Origin: Setoptus koraiensis
Lineage: Eukaryota; Animalia; Arthropoda
NCBI GenBank assembly: GCA_048013815.1
Contig: CM106586.1
Location: forward strand, 3,472,001-3,536,000
DNA: 64,000 nucleotides
Direction: 5' to 3'
Positions 37,528 through 49,494 of the stretch are shown here, piece after piece. Every line of letters starts with the position of its first letter. The stretch's first letter is position 1. Made by a program: the position numbers and the translations under genes. The notes under the pieces are model-generated. The model worked only from the letters and a program-made list of their open reading frames with translations. It did not search any database and was not told where the DNA came from.

Positions 37528-39339
37528 ATCACCTCGTTTAATGGGATGATGATATATTATATTTAGCTGCCTCTAATGCATTACATTTAACTAACTCTAG
37601 CATTTGACAGTCTTATTTTGGCATCGCTTTTCCTGTTCCATCGCGCAAGCCCGCAATAATCACGCTATACGTATGTAACGCGGTATATTTGCGTCTAGTT
37701 TGTGCATAATTTTATTTTATCAGCGCGCTAACAAGCAGCAAGTATAATTTTAACATCGGGCGCAACACAGTTGGCATCAACAATCGATGCTTGTTGCTAT
37801 CCTTCAACCGGCCGGCCGGCCAGCGCACAGTTTGAGCCGACTAGTGTCAGTGCTGACAGTCGGCCATTAGGCGACCAGGGATAATCCCAGCAGCCCAATT
37901 CACCTGGCGAGCAGCAATTATAAATGTGTGAATTGTAAATGTCAGCGTCGGCCGCCAGACTGGCGCTCGTTGCTGCCCGCACAGCTGATTATTGGACAGC
38001 TGATTATTGGACAACTGACAGTGCACCACTGACACTGCGCCACTGACACTGCACCGCCGGCACTGCACCGCCGACACTGCACCGCCGATACTGCACCGCC
38101 GACACTGCACCAACGCACCAAAGATATTGCGCCACTGATTGGACAGGCCGCAGTCTATTTACGACAAGTGCAGCGAACACTCAACTTTCACCTATCTATT
38201 TCACCTTTATTTCTATTGCCCACGGTGCAAGACTGCACTGCAAGCAAGTACACATACTGCCAGTTGCACCTCTCATGAGCCCGGCATGCGCCCGAGCACC
38301 CATGCACCAAAGTCTCAAAAGTCTAAAATGTCTATCTCGCAAGTCTTGTTAGATAGATTATCTACCCACGTACCGTGTGAGCTGCACACATGAAACTTTC
38401 ACGATGAAAGTTGCACTCACGAAAGTTGCAAATGCCGGCCAATATCCGGCTGATGCACGCCTGACACAGGGCTGCTGATGTGCGGCCGATATGGAGCCGA
38501 CATTTCACGCCGATAGCAGTTGGCAATTGCGTGTAGAATAAATTAATTTATGGCACACCTTTGCTTGCGCATTTATTGGCGCATTCGCGTAGCGCCCGTT
38601 TTCCGGTGCGCAGTTCGGGCTCGGTTGCAGTGGGCGGCTCGGTTCAAGTCGGCGTCTCGGTTCGAGTCGGCGGCTCGGCTCGGTCCGGCCGGGTCCGCGA
38701 TGCAGCCGCACTCGGCTCGTCGGGTAGCCGGGCCGCCGATCGGCGGCCGACATGCGGTCGACCTTCTGCAGGGCACGCTGGCATGGCGGCTTGGCATGGC
38801 GGCCGGTTGCCGTCGTGCCGTCGGGTTCACCTCATGGCAGTCACCTTACGCGCTCAACAGTGTTGAACAGAGTGCTCAAACTGTCGGCAACCGCCGGCAG
38901 TTTGACAACCTGTTGCCGATCTACATTTGCATGTCCCGGGGCGACTGCTCCTCACAAACTGCGACTCTCCATCTGTCTCTGGCCTGTCGCTTGTGCCCGC
39001 AATGAGTGTACCAGCGCCGTCAAGGTCTCGGCTTCGCAGGCCGTCGCAGGCCGTCGCAGGTTGTCGCTGGCTGTCGCTGGCTGTCGCTGGCTGGCGAGCC
39101 GGCAGCAAGGCGACGAAGGCAATCTGAATGGTTGTGCAGCCGCTCAATAACAGCAACAGGCAGCGTTCGAACATTGTCGAGACAGAGCGAACGCAAGATT
39201 GTTCAACAGCGTTCGACAGCGACAACAATAAGTATCGCTGCTAATAACGCATGCGATATGACAAACACAAAATGATAAAACGAACCATTCTAAACGAAAC
39301 CAACATTTCGCCCGCAATGAAATAAAATAACAGGCTGCC

Positions 39340-39542
39340 TTGACTCTGACACTTATCAATATGTATCGCTTTTAGAGAGAAGGCACGCCAGCTATATTTA
39401 TATCCTTCTTGTCTGGCGAGCCTTCTCTAAAGCCAGCTTACAGCGAGCGCGCAATATCAGTCGGCTCGCCTCACGAGTCTTTATGTCGAGCCGGCCGGCT
39501 ACGACATTAAAAACTTGTTGCTCGCTCGCTCGCTCGCATGCG
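39340..39542. repeat. Copy A of the same two-copy dispersed element (same orientation as copy B)
   Basis: Same five blocks as 25233-25457. It also contains an imperfect inverted repeat, 39368-39391 / 39413-39433. Confidence 0.9.
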
Positions 39543-42500
39543 ATCACATACGATCGGTGTATCGCAATTGGCACTGTCAGGCGGATCGGATCGGATCAGA
39601 TCATTTCGGGTCTCAAGAAATCACATTTGCCATTTTGCTCACAATGTTGCCGTCGTACAAAATGTAAACTAATCGACTCGCCGACAACTGGCGTCGTCAT
39701 CGCGCACACACACACACAAATAAACACACAATAATCACTCGCAATAATCACTGGCAACGATCACTCGCAATAATCACTGGCAAGCCCATTGACAGACACA
39801 CTGTAGCTGCGGGCCGCGGATATTGTGTTTCGGTGAGCTCGACGAAACACAATATTGAATATGAATGCAAGGGCGATTTATGGATGTGTTGTCGTTGCCG
39901 TCGTTGCTGTCGTTGTCGTCGTTGCTGTCGTTGTCGGCGTTGTCGTCGCGCACTCACAACCAACGAGTTAACCTATGGTAATTGCCTCGATCTGTTATTG
40001 ACATACGGCTCGACGCGCAACAATTGATGTGCTGCACCGCATATGTGCGGCGTACGCAGCGCAAAGTATGGCTCGTACATCTTGTACATGTATATCTAGT
40101 ATATCTGGTATATCTAGTATGTGCATATCTGGCATGCGTATATCTGGTAGCGCATAGCAATCAACAGGTGATCGGGGCGCGATAGTGCGATCATGCCACT
40201 GCCATTGTGTCGAGCTGGGCGAGCCGGCTCGACGCAACGAGTCGGCGTGTGACGTTTCGGCGGCTTTCACTCGCTGCGCTGCGCGGCGCGATTTATCCGC
40301 AGCGCCAAACAAACGCTGCAACGCTGCCGATTAATCGCCGATTACAGCCGCTCGATGCCACTGACAGCCCGTCGAGCGAGCCAAGCCAACAGTTGATACA
40401 GGGAAACGAAACGATGCGCGAGGGATAAACGATGCGCGAGAGCAGGATGTCGCAACCATGATGCCATCGCTTTGGCATTCGTACAGTTTGGCTTTGCTAA
40501 CCCGATCGTCGCCGGCAACGAGCAGACGACGGTGCGAGATGAATGGGCGCTCAATGAGGCATTCAACGCGGCAACAATGGCGTCGCCACTGTTGCCCAAT
40601 CGTCGTGCATTTATTGGCCAATACCGGCTGATGCGGCTCACCTGAGCAACCTTACAATGTCAGGCTTACTGATTTGTGCGCACCTACGTTTGTGCGTGCC
40701 CACATTTGTGCCCCATCACACAAGTCACTTGTCGGGGCGAGATGCGGCGCCGCACAGGTGAGCACAGGCGAGCACAGGTGAGCAGCGCAACTGTCGGCAT
40801 TCTCGCAATCCATTCTGCTCTGGCGGCCATTCTGCGCCTGTCAGACGCTTGCTGACGATCGCTGCCAGCTGGCCACACATGGCTACACAATGCAGAATGA
40901 TCACATTGGCAGACGCCAGCACCGGCGCCTGGCAGAACAATTTTCGCGCTTTGGGCCAATTTAGCGACCTGCAACCACCACTCATGCGCGCACGCGCATA
41001 ATGATAACATTTAATTTTTTGATAATAATGACAACATTCAATAATGATAATGACAACATTCAATAATAATAACGATAGTATTTAATAACAATGATGGTGA
41101 GCAAAAATTGCGATACAATATTTGAGTGATATTTGAGTGCGCGCGGCGATAATTAAGCGCTGAAGGCCAAATTGTTGCGCGTTACGCAACGCGCGCGCAC
41201 AACGCATAATCGGTGTGCAACAAAATCGGTGTGCAACAAAATCGGTGTGCAACATAATCAGTGTGCAACATAATCAGTGTGCAGCGAACACACGGTGCGC
41301 TTGATTGAATCACAAGTTGCGATTCATAAATAATAATATAACAAGATGTTAATGGCAAAAGATGACAACAACACTTATGACAACAATGAACAAGAAAATG
41401 CCTGCTCGCTCGTTGCGTGCCCATTGTTGCCCGCTGACAGCCGGCAATACAATCAATCAACATGATCAACATGATTAGCGAGGCGCGCCGGAAAGCGTCG
41501 CGGCAGCGTTACATTGAGGGCGCGCCGCCCGACCAGTGCGCATCTCGACTCGTCGTTATCTTCACCGATGAATCTGACAAGACGGCGCCGTCCAAACAGG
41601 TGTCGCGTTCCTTGATCTAACATGAATGGGGAGCGCAAGATCGAGGCAGCGCGAGGGGCGAACAGTCAAACAGCGACAGCAAGTCGCTCGTTAGCGAAAC
41701 ACATTTGAATTATCATCATCATTTGTCTGTCAATTACAGTCGATTGCAGTCACGTAAACACATAACACATGTCTCGGCGAGCATCTCGCCCAAATTTGCA
41801 TTATTACTGTTGGCGAGCGAGTGATTTGTTAGCCGGCTTTTTGACGGCTAGCAAATCACGGGCGAGATGAACTCTAATGAAGCTCAAATGTTAACACATT
41901 TCAGCTAAATGCTGCTAATAGCAGCCAACAAGCCGCGCATCGCCACGCAACCAACAATCAATCAAGCCAAACGGCCAGACAGGTAGGCAGCGGCGAGACC
42001 CTGAAACTTTCAGGCTGAATGTTGCAGCCACTTCTTCCTTCTCATCTTTCCAATCGAGCGGCGCCACGTATGCGCTAACCAACAGCACACACATTACAAG
42101 TTACGTAACGCGGTTACGATTGGAGTAACGCGGTTACGATTGAAGTAACGCGGTTACGCGATTGGAGTAACACGGCTCACAGGTCGCCAGCTCGTCAGCT
42201 TGTTAGTGGCTGGTGCAAATTAATAGCAACCTCAACAACAACTTGTTGCTACAGTTGGCGGTTGGCACTCTCGCCTAACGTGACAACAGGCACACCTCAG
42301 CGCACAGCCGGAATGCTCAAGCCTCTAAAATGTGTGGCCGGCGTACACATTTGTACAGAGGAACAGAGAACTTTCCATTCACTTGCGGCCACAATCACAC
42401 TAGTTGCCGCCATCTTGCAAATCGAACTATTTTGTCGGCCGAACAATCTCGTTGTTCGACCAATCTCGCCAGCCGAACTATCCGCGCGTCGAACTATCCG

Positions 42501-42885
42501 CACACCGAAGTATCGCGCACCGAACTATCGCGCACCGAACTATACGCGCGTCGAATTATCATTGTTGCCCCCTTGCATGTCTTGCGCGATGTTGGCATGG
42601 TTTTACATAATTGATACGCGATTCTTGGCGCTCAATGGTCCTTGTTAGCACGACAGCGAGCAGAATCTTGGAGAGATCGAACTTTTGCCGCTCAGTGCAC
42701 GCTGGCGGGCAACGTTGCAGCCCACAACTGGCAGGCAATCGAACATTCTGCTCACGCTGGCAAATCGAACATTCTGCTCACGCTGGCTAATCGAACATCC
42801 TGCTCACGCCGATAATCGGCGCCTGATTGTGGTGCTCTGACCGAACGCAAAGGCAGCGGCCAGCTGCCGAGCACACGTGTTCTAG

Positions 42886-42887
<2 letters not shown>

Positions 42888-42941
<54 letters not shown>
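42888..42941. repeat. (CA)27 microsatellite
   Basis: Read directly. Confidence 0.97.
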
Positions 42942-42942
<1 letters not shown>

Positions 42943-44124
42943 GTGCGCTGGTCGGCCGGTTTGCAATTGGCCCACAGCAGCACACTTGGGCTATAGGCAG
43001 ACCTGCGGCAGCCAGCAGACAGGGTGTTACTGCAACTGCAGTTGGCAAGTGTCGAGCAGCAGCGGCAGCACAGTACGGCAACAAGTACAAGGCGACAGAG
43101 CCAACTTTAGCGCACACCCAGAACCCGTCGTCGTTCGATTCAAGTCGACTATTCAAGTTCGTCGCTCATTAGGGACACACGCGCACACAATCGGTTAAAC
43201 CGCTGTGGTTTGTTGCTGTGAGTGAGCGAGTGAGTGTGTGTGTGTGTGAGTGAGTGAGTGTGTGTGTGTGCTCCACATACATTAGTGCGAGTTGTTGCTG
43301 GTGGCGAGCATTCAAGCATATTCGCTCGCACACACACACACGCACACACGTCGCTCAGAGCGAGTCGGCGCGCACCTAAAATTAGAATCTTCTCACTCTT
43401 TCTTGGAGGAGTGTTAAAACTGTTCACTGCAAAGACACTCTCACACCAGCAACAGCCAGAGTAATTTGCATTTTAATTACTTGTTGTTATTCCAGCGCAC
43501 ACAATCAAAGCAATAATAATTAAATTTATATTTCGAATTATCATTTCATCAACAATGGATAGTAACACAATGATTATTGTGTCCCATTATGACTATTATT
43601 TTTAGAACAAGCCAAAACATAGCCAGCAGCCACTATTTCCTCGGTGAATGTCTCAGAGAGCGCCAAATAGCGAGTGACCAACGGAGTGTGAACGCAGCAA
43701 CAGCAAGCAATTGATGATTTTAAGTGAGCCAGACTAGAATCATTTGTTTTATTCGTCATTATTATCATCGTTATTATTTAATAGGCACGTACGCCTCGAC
43801 GTCATCAACCAGCACCACGTCCAATCAAATATTACACACATCAGACAAAATCTTCAAGACGCAACACAAATCGTCCCTCACTCATTAGATCAAACTCAAA
43901 TCTCGACGAGCAACAGCATGTGTACATAAATATCTATATATACCCAGAGATTTCACAGTGTTCACATCGAGTTGTGTAACAAAAATGATTATTCATGAAT
44001 GACATCAATTCAGCACAATTTTGACCAAAACAACACACAACCAACCACTGCAATCGATATAGCAACCGATAAAGCAACCGCAAATTAACACAAATCAACA
44101 CACACACACACACACACACTAAAT

Positions 44125-46288
44125 ATGAATCTTCTCACTATAAGGCAATTCTATGCCCTCATATGGAAGGATTGGATCATACACAAGAGACACTATGTTT
44201 GGACTACCCTCGAAATGTGCATACCCGTGCTTGTTTGTGTTATGGCCATCATATCCAACACACATCAGGGCAAACCCAGACTAGAGAGCGAACGAACATT
44301 TGAACCAGACGATTTTGATAGAATCTATGGTGATCTCAATCCAACTAGATTCAGACTTCTAGTCGCTCCAAATAACTCATTTACGCGTGCTCTTGTGCAT
44401 CACGTTGATGATGGAGCGCTCAGGATTGAGATTGTTGATAGTGAGCAAGAACTAATTTCTCTTATCAAGCAAGAAATACCGATCTCATTAGATCAAGTTA
44501 AACGACTTATACCAGACGATACTGTTAACGTTACAGTTGGCGGTGTTGTTATTGATTTTGATGACTACAACAATCAACAGCAACAACTAACTAATAGTGC
44601 TCCTCATAACAAAATACGCTCTGTAGTTACGTCCAGTGATAGTGATCTAAGCAAGACTAGCACCTCTACCGATTTGCTTGACTATGTCACCATCGTAGAC
44701 AAATCAGACAACAACAAGCCACTCAGGGTACCAATCAACTTGAAAATGAGCATCAGAGCTAAAGATTTTCGTTTACCCGTTGACCCCTTCCCAAAGAAGT
44801 TCTCATTGGGTCCATACTCACATTCCGACCACTACCTATCGACATTTTTCATAGCATCACAACTTATGCTTAGTCGCGCCTACATGAATCTATTGGCCGA
44901 CGGTCTTCAAGTCAACCTAACTGGCAATGATCACAATATCAAACTTGTCAACATGGTACCTAGCAACGAAGATATTATCGGCCAACGAATGCCTTATCCA
45001 AGATATGTTGCTCACAAGCGTCTAAAAGAAACTACCTTAGGCACATTTGTTGCCGGATCTCAAAAACAGAAACCATTTGTACTAACAATGGACTATTGCA
45101 TCACTATTGGTTTTCTAGTTAGCGCCATATTTCTCGCTAAAAGAATCGTCGATGAGAAAAAGAGCCGCGTAAGAGATATGTTACGTCTTGTTGGCGTCAG
45201 TGATTGGACTTACTACACTAGTCATTTAACTAACACTGTGATTGTAATGACAATACAAAGCATATTCATAACGTTCATATTCACTGGCCACGATGATGCC
45301 CCAGGACAAAATATATCACCAACTCTACTGTTTGCCATACTAGTGATATATTCTTTTGCTTCAGTTACTTTCGTCTTAGCTTTATCAACACTATTCACAT
45401 CATCAACTAAAGCAATTATCTTCACCTCATTATTATGGTTAGGGCTTCCAGAAGCAATTGATAGGATTTTCAAAATGGATGCAGGTGTCATTGAAAGCAA
45501 CGGTTTTCTTCCTGTCAAAGAGCCAGTTCATCTGAGTTTCTGTCTAGTACCTAATTTCGCGTTACGTTTGATCAACAGGTTACTAACAGAGTGTGATATT
45601 TATGGAGAATTCTATGTCAAGAAGCAACTATATGGAGAATATCGGGCTATATGGGACAACATCTTCAACATATTACCTTTATACAGATTTGTTACCGTGG
45701 GTGAAATAATGTTGGCCATGGTAGCCTCAGTGCCTCTCTATGCGACAATAATATATCTAGTGAACCTGATGAATCAAAATGCTTCCAATCCTCTGCTAAG
45801 TGGTAGTGATCCAGCCAAAGGTGCCTCTACCACCAAGTCAATATTTAAGTTTATCTTCTATCCGTGCAAATTGATTTTCAACACATTTACTTGCTGTCTG
45901 TTCGTCTCAAGTAAAGCAAAATCATTGCACAGGGCAGAAACGCCTCATGTCGAATCAACCCAAAATACATCCGCTCGAACTATACTTACTAACGATGGAT
46001 TGACGAATGAAGGGTTTGTTCCGAGTAAACACGGTAGTACCGAAAGTTTCAAAGATAAAGTATATCATGTGAATCTGGAGCTTGGGGACTATTACAAGAA
46101 TCGTCGCACAGATAAAAATAGCAGTGATAATGAAATGGCCAAGTATTTCGAGCTAGCCCCCAAAACGTTCAATGTGGGCGTCAGTATTAGAAATCTTTAC
46201 AAAACATACATCACAGGAAGCTCCATTTTGAAGAAGATTGAAGCAGTGAAGAATGTATCACTTGATATGTACTTCTCACAAATCTTGG
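44125..46288 (+). CDS. ABC transporter subfamily A (ABCA), exon 1 of 5: TMD1/ECD1 and start of NBD1
   Basis: Typical ABCA N-terminus (LIWKDWIIHKRHYVWTTLEMCIP), TM helices, VDEKKSRVRDMLRLVGVSDWTYY, and VSIRNLYKTY...AVKNVSLDMY. Donor TTG G|GTAAGT at 46289. The joined exons total 6072 nt = 2023 aa + stop. Confidence 0.93.
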
Positions 46289-46827
46289 GTAAGTAGAATC
46301 ATATTTATTTGATGATAAGCTCACTTTCACTTTAAGAGGTCAACAACAAGTTGTTAATCTAAAGTCTACTCGTTAGTGTTTTTGCCAAGTTGATCTTGTT
46401 TATAATCTTACAAACAAAATACCAAAGAGTAATTTATTGCATTTAATTTACATACTCGCATATCTACATGTTCATGTATTTATGTAAGGTGTGCAATGTT
46501 GACTGTTACTATTCATGTAATCTTATCGAGATTCATGCTAAAGAGCTTCCTCATTGCCAAGTTTCACCTAACGACCACAACCATTTATGCTTCTTGTATT
46601 TTCGGTATATTGATAACCGTGCTTGTTTTACCTTCGTATGAAGGTACTTGATATAGTGGTTTCAAGATAAGTCAGTTCATAACAAATACAAGTAACTATG
46701 ATATTAGCCTGATGACATTCAACATCTTTCAGGGTCACATCTACCAATCTGATCGTAAAAGCCAAGTCTTGATCTGCTCTAGATTACTAACTAACTTTAA
46801 TTATTACATTACACTTCCTCATCTCAG

Positions 46828-48821
46828 TTCTGCTTGGGCACAATGGCGCTGGCAAGACTACCCTGATAGACATCATTAGTGGTCATAATGGGAAAACAAG
46901 CGGCCAAATAATAATCGACGGTTATGATATCGATACCAATCCGGAACAGGCACGCCGTCGCGTCGGATTCTGCCCTCAATTTGATGTTCTATTTGAGCGC
47001 CTTACTGTTGAAGAACATCTATTCTTTTACGGTATCATCAAAGGTGCTCGGAAGGAGCTCAAAGAGGAAATTCTACTTTTGTTACAGCAGAGCGATCTGA
47101 TAGAACATAGGAAAAAATTGTCCAAAACATTGTCAGGCGGTTACAAGCGCAAATTATCATTGGCTATCGCCATGATCGCTGGGTCGAAAGTGCTGATTTT
47201 AGATGAACCAACCTCTGGTATGGACCCTGAATCGCGCAGAAAAGTTTGGGACTTTTTGCAGTTGATCAAGCGCGATAGGCTTATATTAATGACGACACAT
47301 CATATGGAGGAAGCCGATGCATTAGGCGATCGGATAGCAATCATGTCGGGTGGACAAGTTAAATGTTGTGGTTCATCCCTATTCTTGAAAAAAGTATTCA
47401 ATGCCGGTTACCATTTGAGGATATCTAAATGCGCAATTAATTGGAATCAAGCGTCCTTCGATGAGATCATCGGTGCCAAATACAATCTGCACGAAAAGTT
47501 AGAAAACCGAACACCTCACGAGTTGATGTACCAATTTGATGCTGATGAAACGGAAAAGGTTTTACCTAGGCTGTTTGAGGATTTGGAGTTAAACAAGGAA
47601 AAAGTGGGCATATTCGGATTCGGTGTCACAGTTTCGACTATGGACGACGTATTTATGAAGATTGGAATACACTTCAAAGACGTAGAGGCAGAAGAGATGC
47701 AAATGCGATTCAATATAGCTAACAACAAAGTCGACATTTCGGACCAAACTGCAACTGTAAAACACCGTAGAGTTGCTTCTTATTACGAACAAAACAAATC
47801 ATACAGCGAGTCAGCTGATAAGTGTCAAAGAAAGCATCTCACCGGCTTGAATGAATCAGTTAAATCAAAAGATCGTTACCCGAGAATAATTGGACGAGAA
47901 CTCTTTAGGCAACATATGAGGGCTTTGATAGCCAAGAGGTACAATCATGCCCGTAAGAATATATTCCAAATAGTTTGGATTTTCTCTGTTAGCCTGTTTT
48001 GCATATTGAGCATAATATTGATGTTGGATTTCATAATATTCCGCGAGGAAATAACACCGGAATGGAAGCGTCCTGTGACTCTAACCGGAATGGGCTACGG
48101 TAGTCGAACTGATGCTATTTATCAATTTGGAACGGAAGATGCCGAACCTGACACAAATCCGTTCGTTAGCACTTCAACAACGGCAGCAGCTACTATTACG
48201 GATGCAACAACAACCATACTTCCACCGACAACAACTTCTTTCTCTGAAGCTGAAACATCAACAGTCGCTGGCTTACCCAATGACGATTCTACCCCGGCCA
48301 CAATTATAAATAGCGCTGATGAGACATTACCAACTCCATCCAAGTTGGTCAATGAGGTCAATCTCAATTCATCTGCTAAATTCCTAGATAGATATTGGGG
48401 TCCAGAAGCTCAAAAAGTCGGTGTAGCGCAAATTTTAACCTATACCGATGCAAATACAGAAATGATTGATTTGCTGACACGACAATTCGCAAACTTCAGA
48501 GAGCGCTACATAGTCGGAGGAGAGAAATCTGGCAAAAAGTACGTGGCCTGGTATAATGGTGAAGCCACTCACTCACTACCAATATCGATTAATATGATGA
48601 TGAACTCAATATTGAAGCAATTCACTGATCTCATTGAAGGTGACCACCCAATCAAACGATCTCGTATCAGCCTAACCCATCACGCTCTGTCTCAAATTAA
48701 CACCCTCATCGCATTTCTACCGCATCTTGGCCGTCTAATCAATTTGGTGTTTTTGCCCTTCTCACTGGCATTTATCACCTCATTTTTTGTTATATTTCCG
48801 ACTCATGAGCGTGTTACAAAG
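46828..48821 (+). CDS. ABCA transporter exon 2: NBD1, R domain, start of TMD2/ECD2
   Basis: Acceptor TCTCAG|TT restores VLLGHNGAGKT (Walker A). Also LSGGYKRKLSLA signature, VLILDEPTSG Walker B and TTHHMEEAD. Donor AAG|GTGATT at 48822. Confidence 0.95.
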
Positions 48822-48928
48822 GTGATTAGAACGGATTTAGATAATCTTCTCCTCTTTCTCTCTCTCTCTTAAACATACTTGTTCTATTCTGACTAACAGT
48901 AATCCCTCAACTTTTCACAATATCATAG

Positions 48929-49103
48929 AGTAAGCACCTTCAACTGATGACTGGACTATCGTGTCGGACGTTTTGGTTATCTCATTTCCTATTTGACCTG
49001 ATGATCTATTCAGCTTATACTACTATAATGTTGGTGATTTACTACATCTGGGATAGGTTGTTAAGTGATCGCAAGATATACTTTCCAAACTTCGAGCACT
49101 CAT
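48929..49103 (+). CDS. ABCA transporter exon 3
   Basis: Acceptor CATAG|AGT gives ERVTK|SKHLQLMTGLSCRTFWLSHFLFD, the conserved ABCA motif. Donor T|GTAAGT at 49104. Too short to appear in the ORF track. Confidence 0.9.
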
Positions 49104-49194
49104 GTAAGTATGGATGGTGAGTAGTCTATGTCTAGTCTCTAGTGAAAGAATGACTTGAATAATAACCAATATATATTCTATCCCCCCTGTACAG

Positions 49195-49410
49195 TGGCCT
49201 TGGTTCTTTTAGTGTTTTTGTTCGTCTTTGCAGCATTGCCATTCGCATACATATTTTCATTCTTGGCAAAGAAGCCCACATCAGCATTCAGCTCCCTATG
49301 TGTACTTACAATACTTACTGGGACGGCCACACTAACGTTGGTCAGTTTGTATGAGTTGAAATATGAGGATCAGGCCTCTGCCAGTATCAGAACATTATTC
49401 ACAGTTTTTC
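49195..49410 (+). CDS. ABCA transporter exon 4 (TM helices)
   Basis: Acceptor TACAG|TG and phase-compatible LALVLLVFLFVFAALPFAYIFSFLAKKP. Donor C|GTAAGT at 49411. Confidence 0.9.
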
Positions 49411-49494
49411 GTAAGTATCCATAGTTTCTGCGATGCAATCTTTTGCTTATGAAATGAGTTATCTTGAATGAATATCTAATGTTTCCTCAAACAG

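Noticed and set aside
25233-39542. Two direct repeats as LTRs of one retroelement
   Set aside because: The copies differ by large indels, and the 14 kb between them holds host genes with no gag/pol, PBS or PPT.
43376-44139. Near-duplicate of the ABCA start context (CTAAAATTAGAATCTTCTCACT at 43376 vs CTAAATATGAATCTTCTCACT at 44119)
   Set aside because: Only a 13-nt exact core, with immediate divergence downstream. Not enough to claim a duplicated exon.
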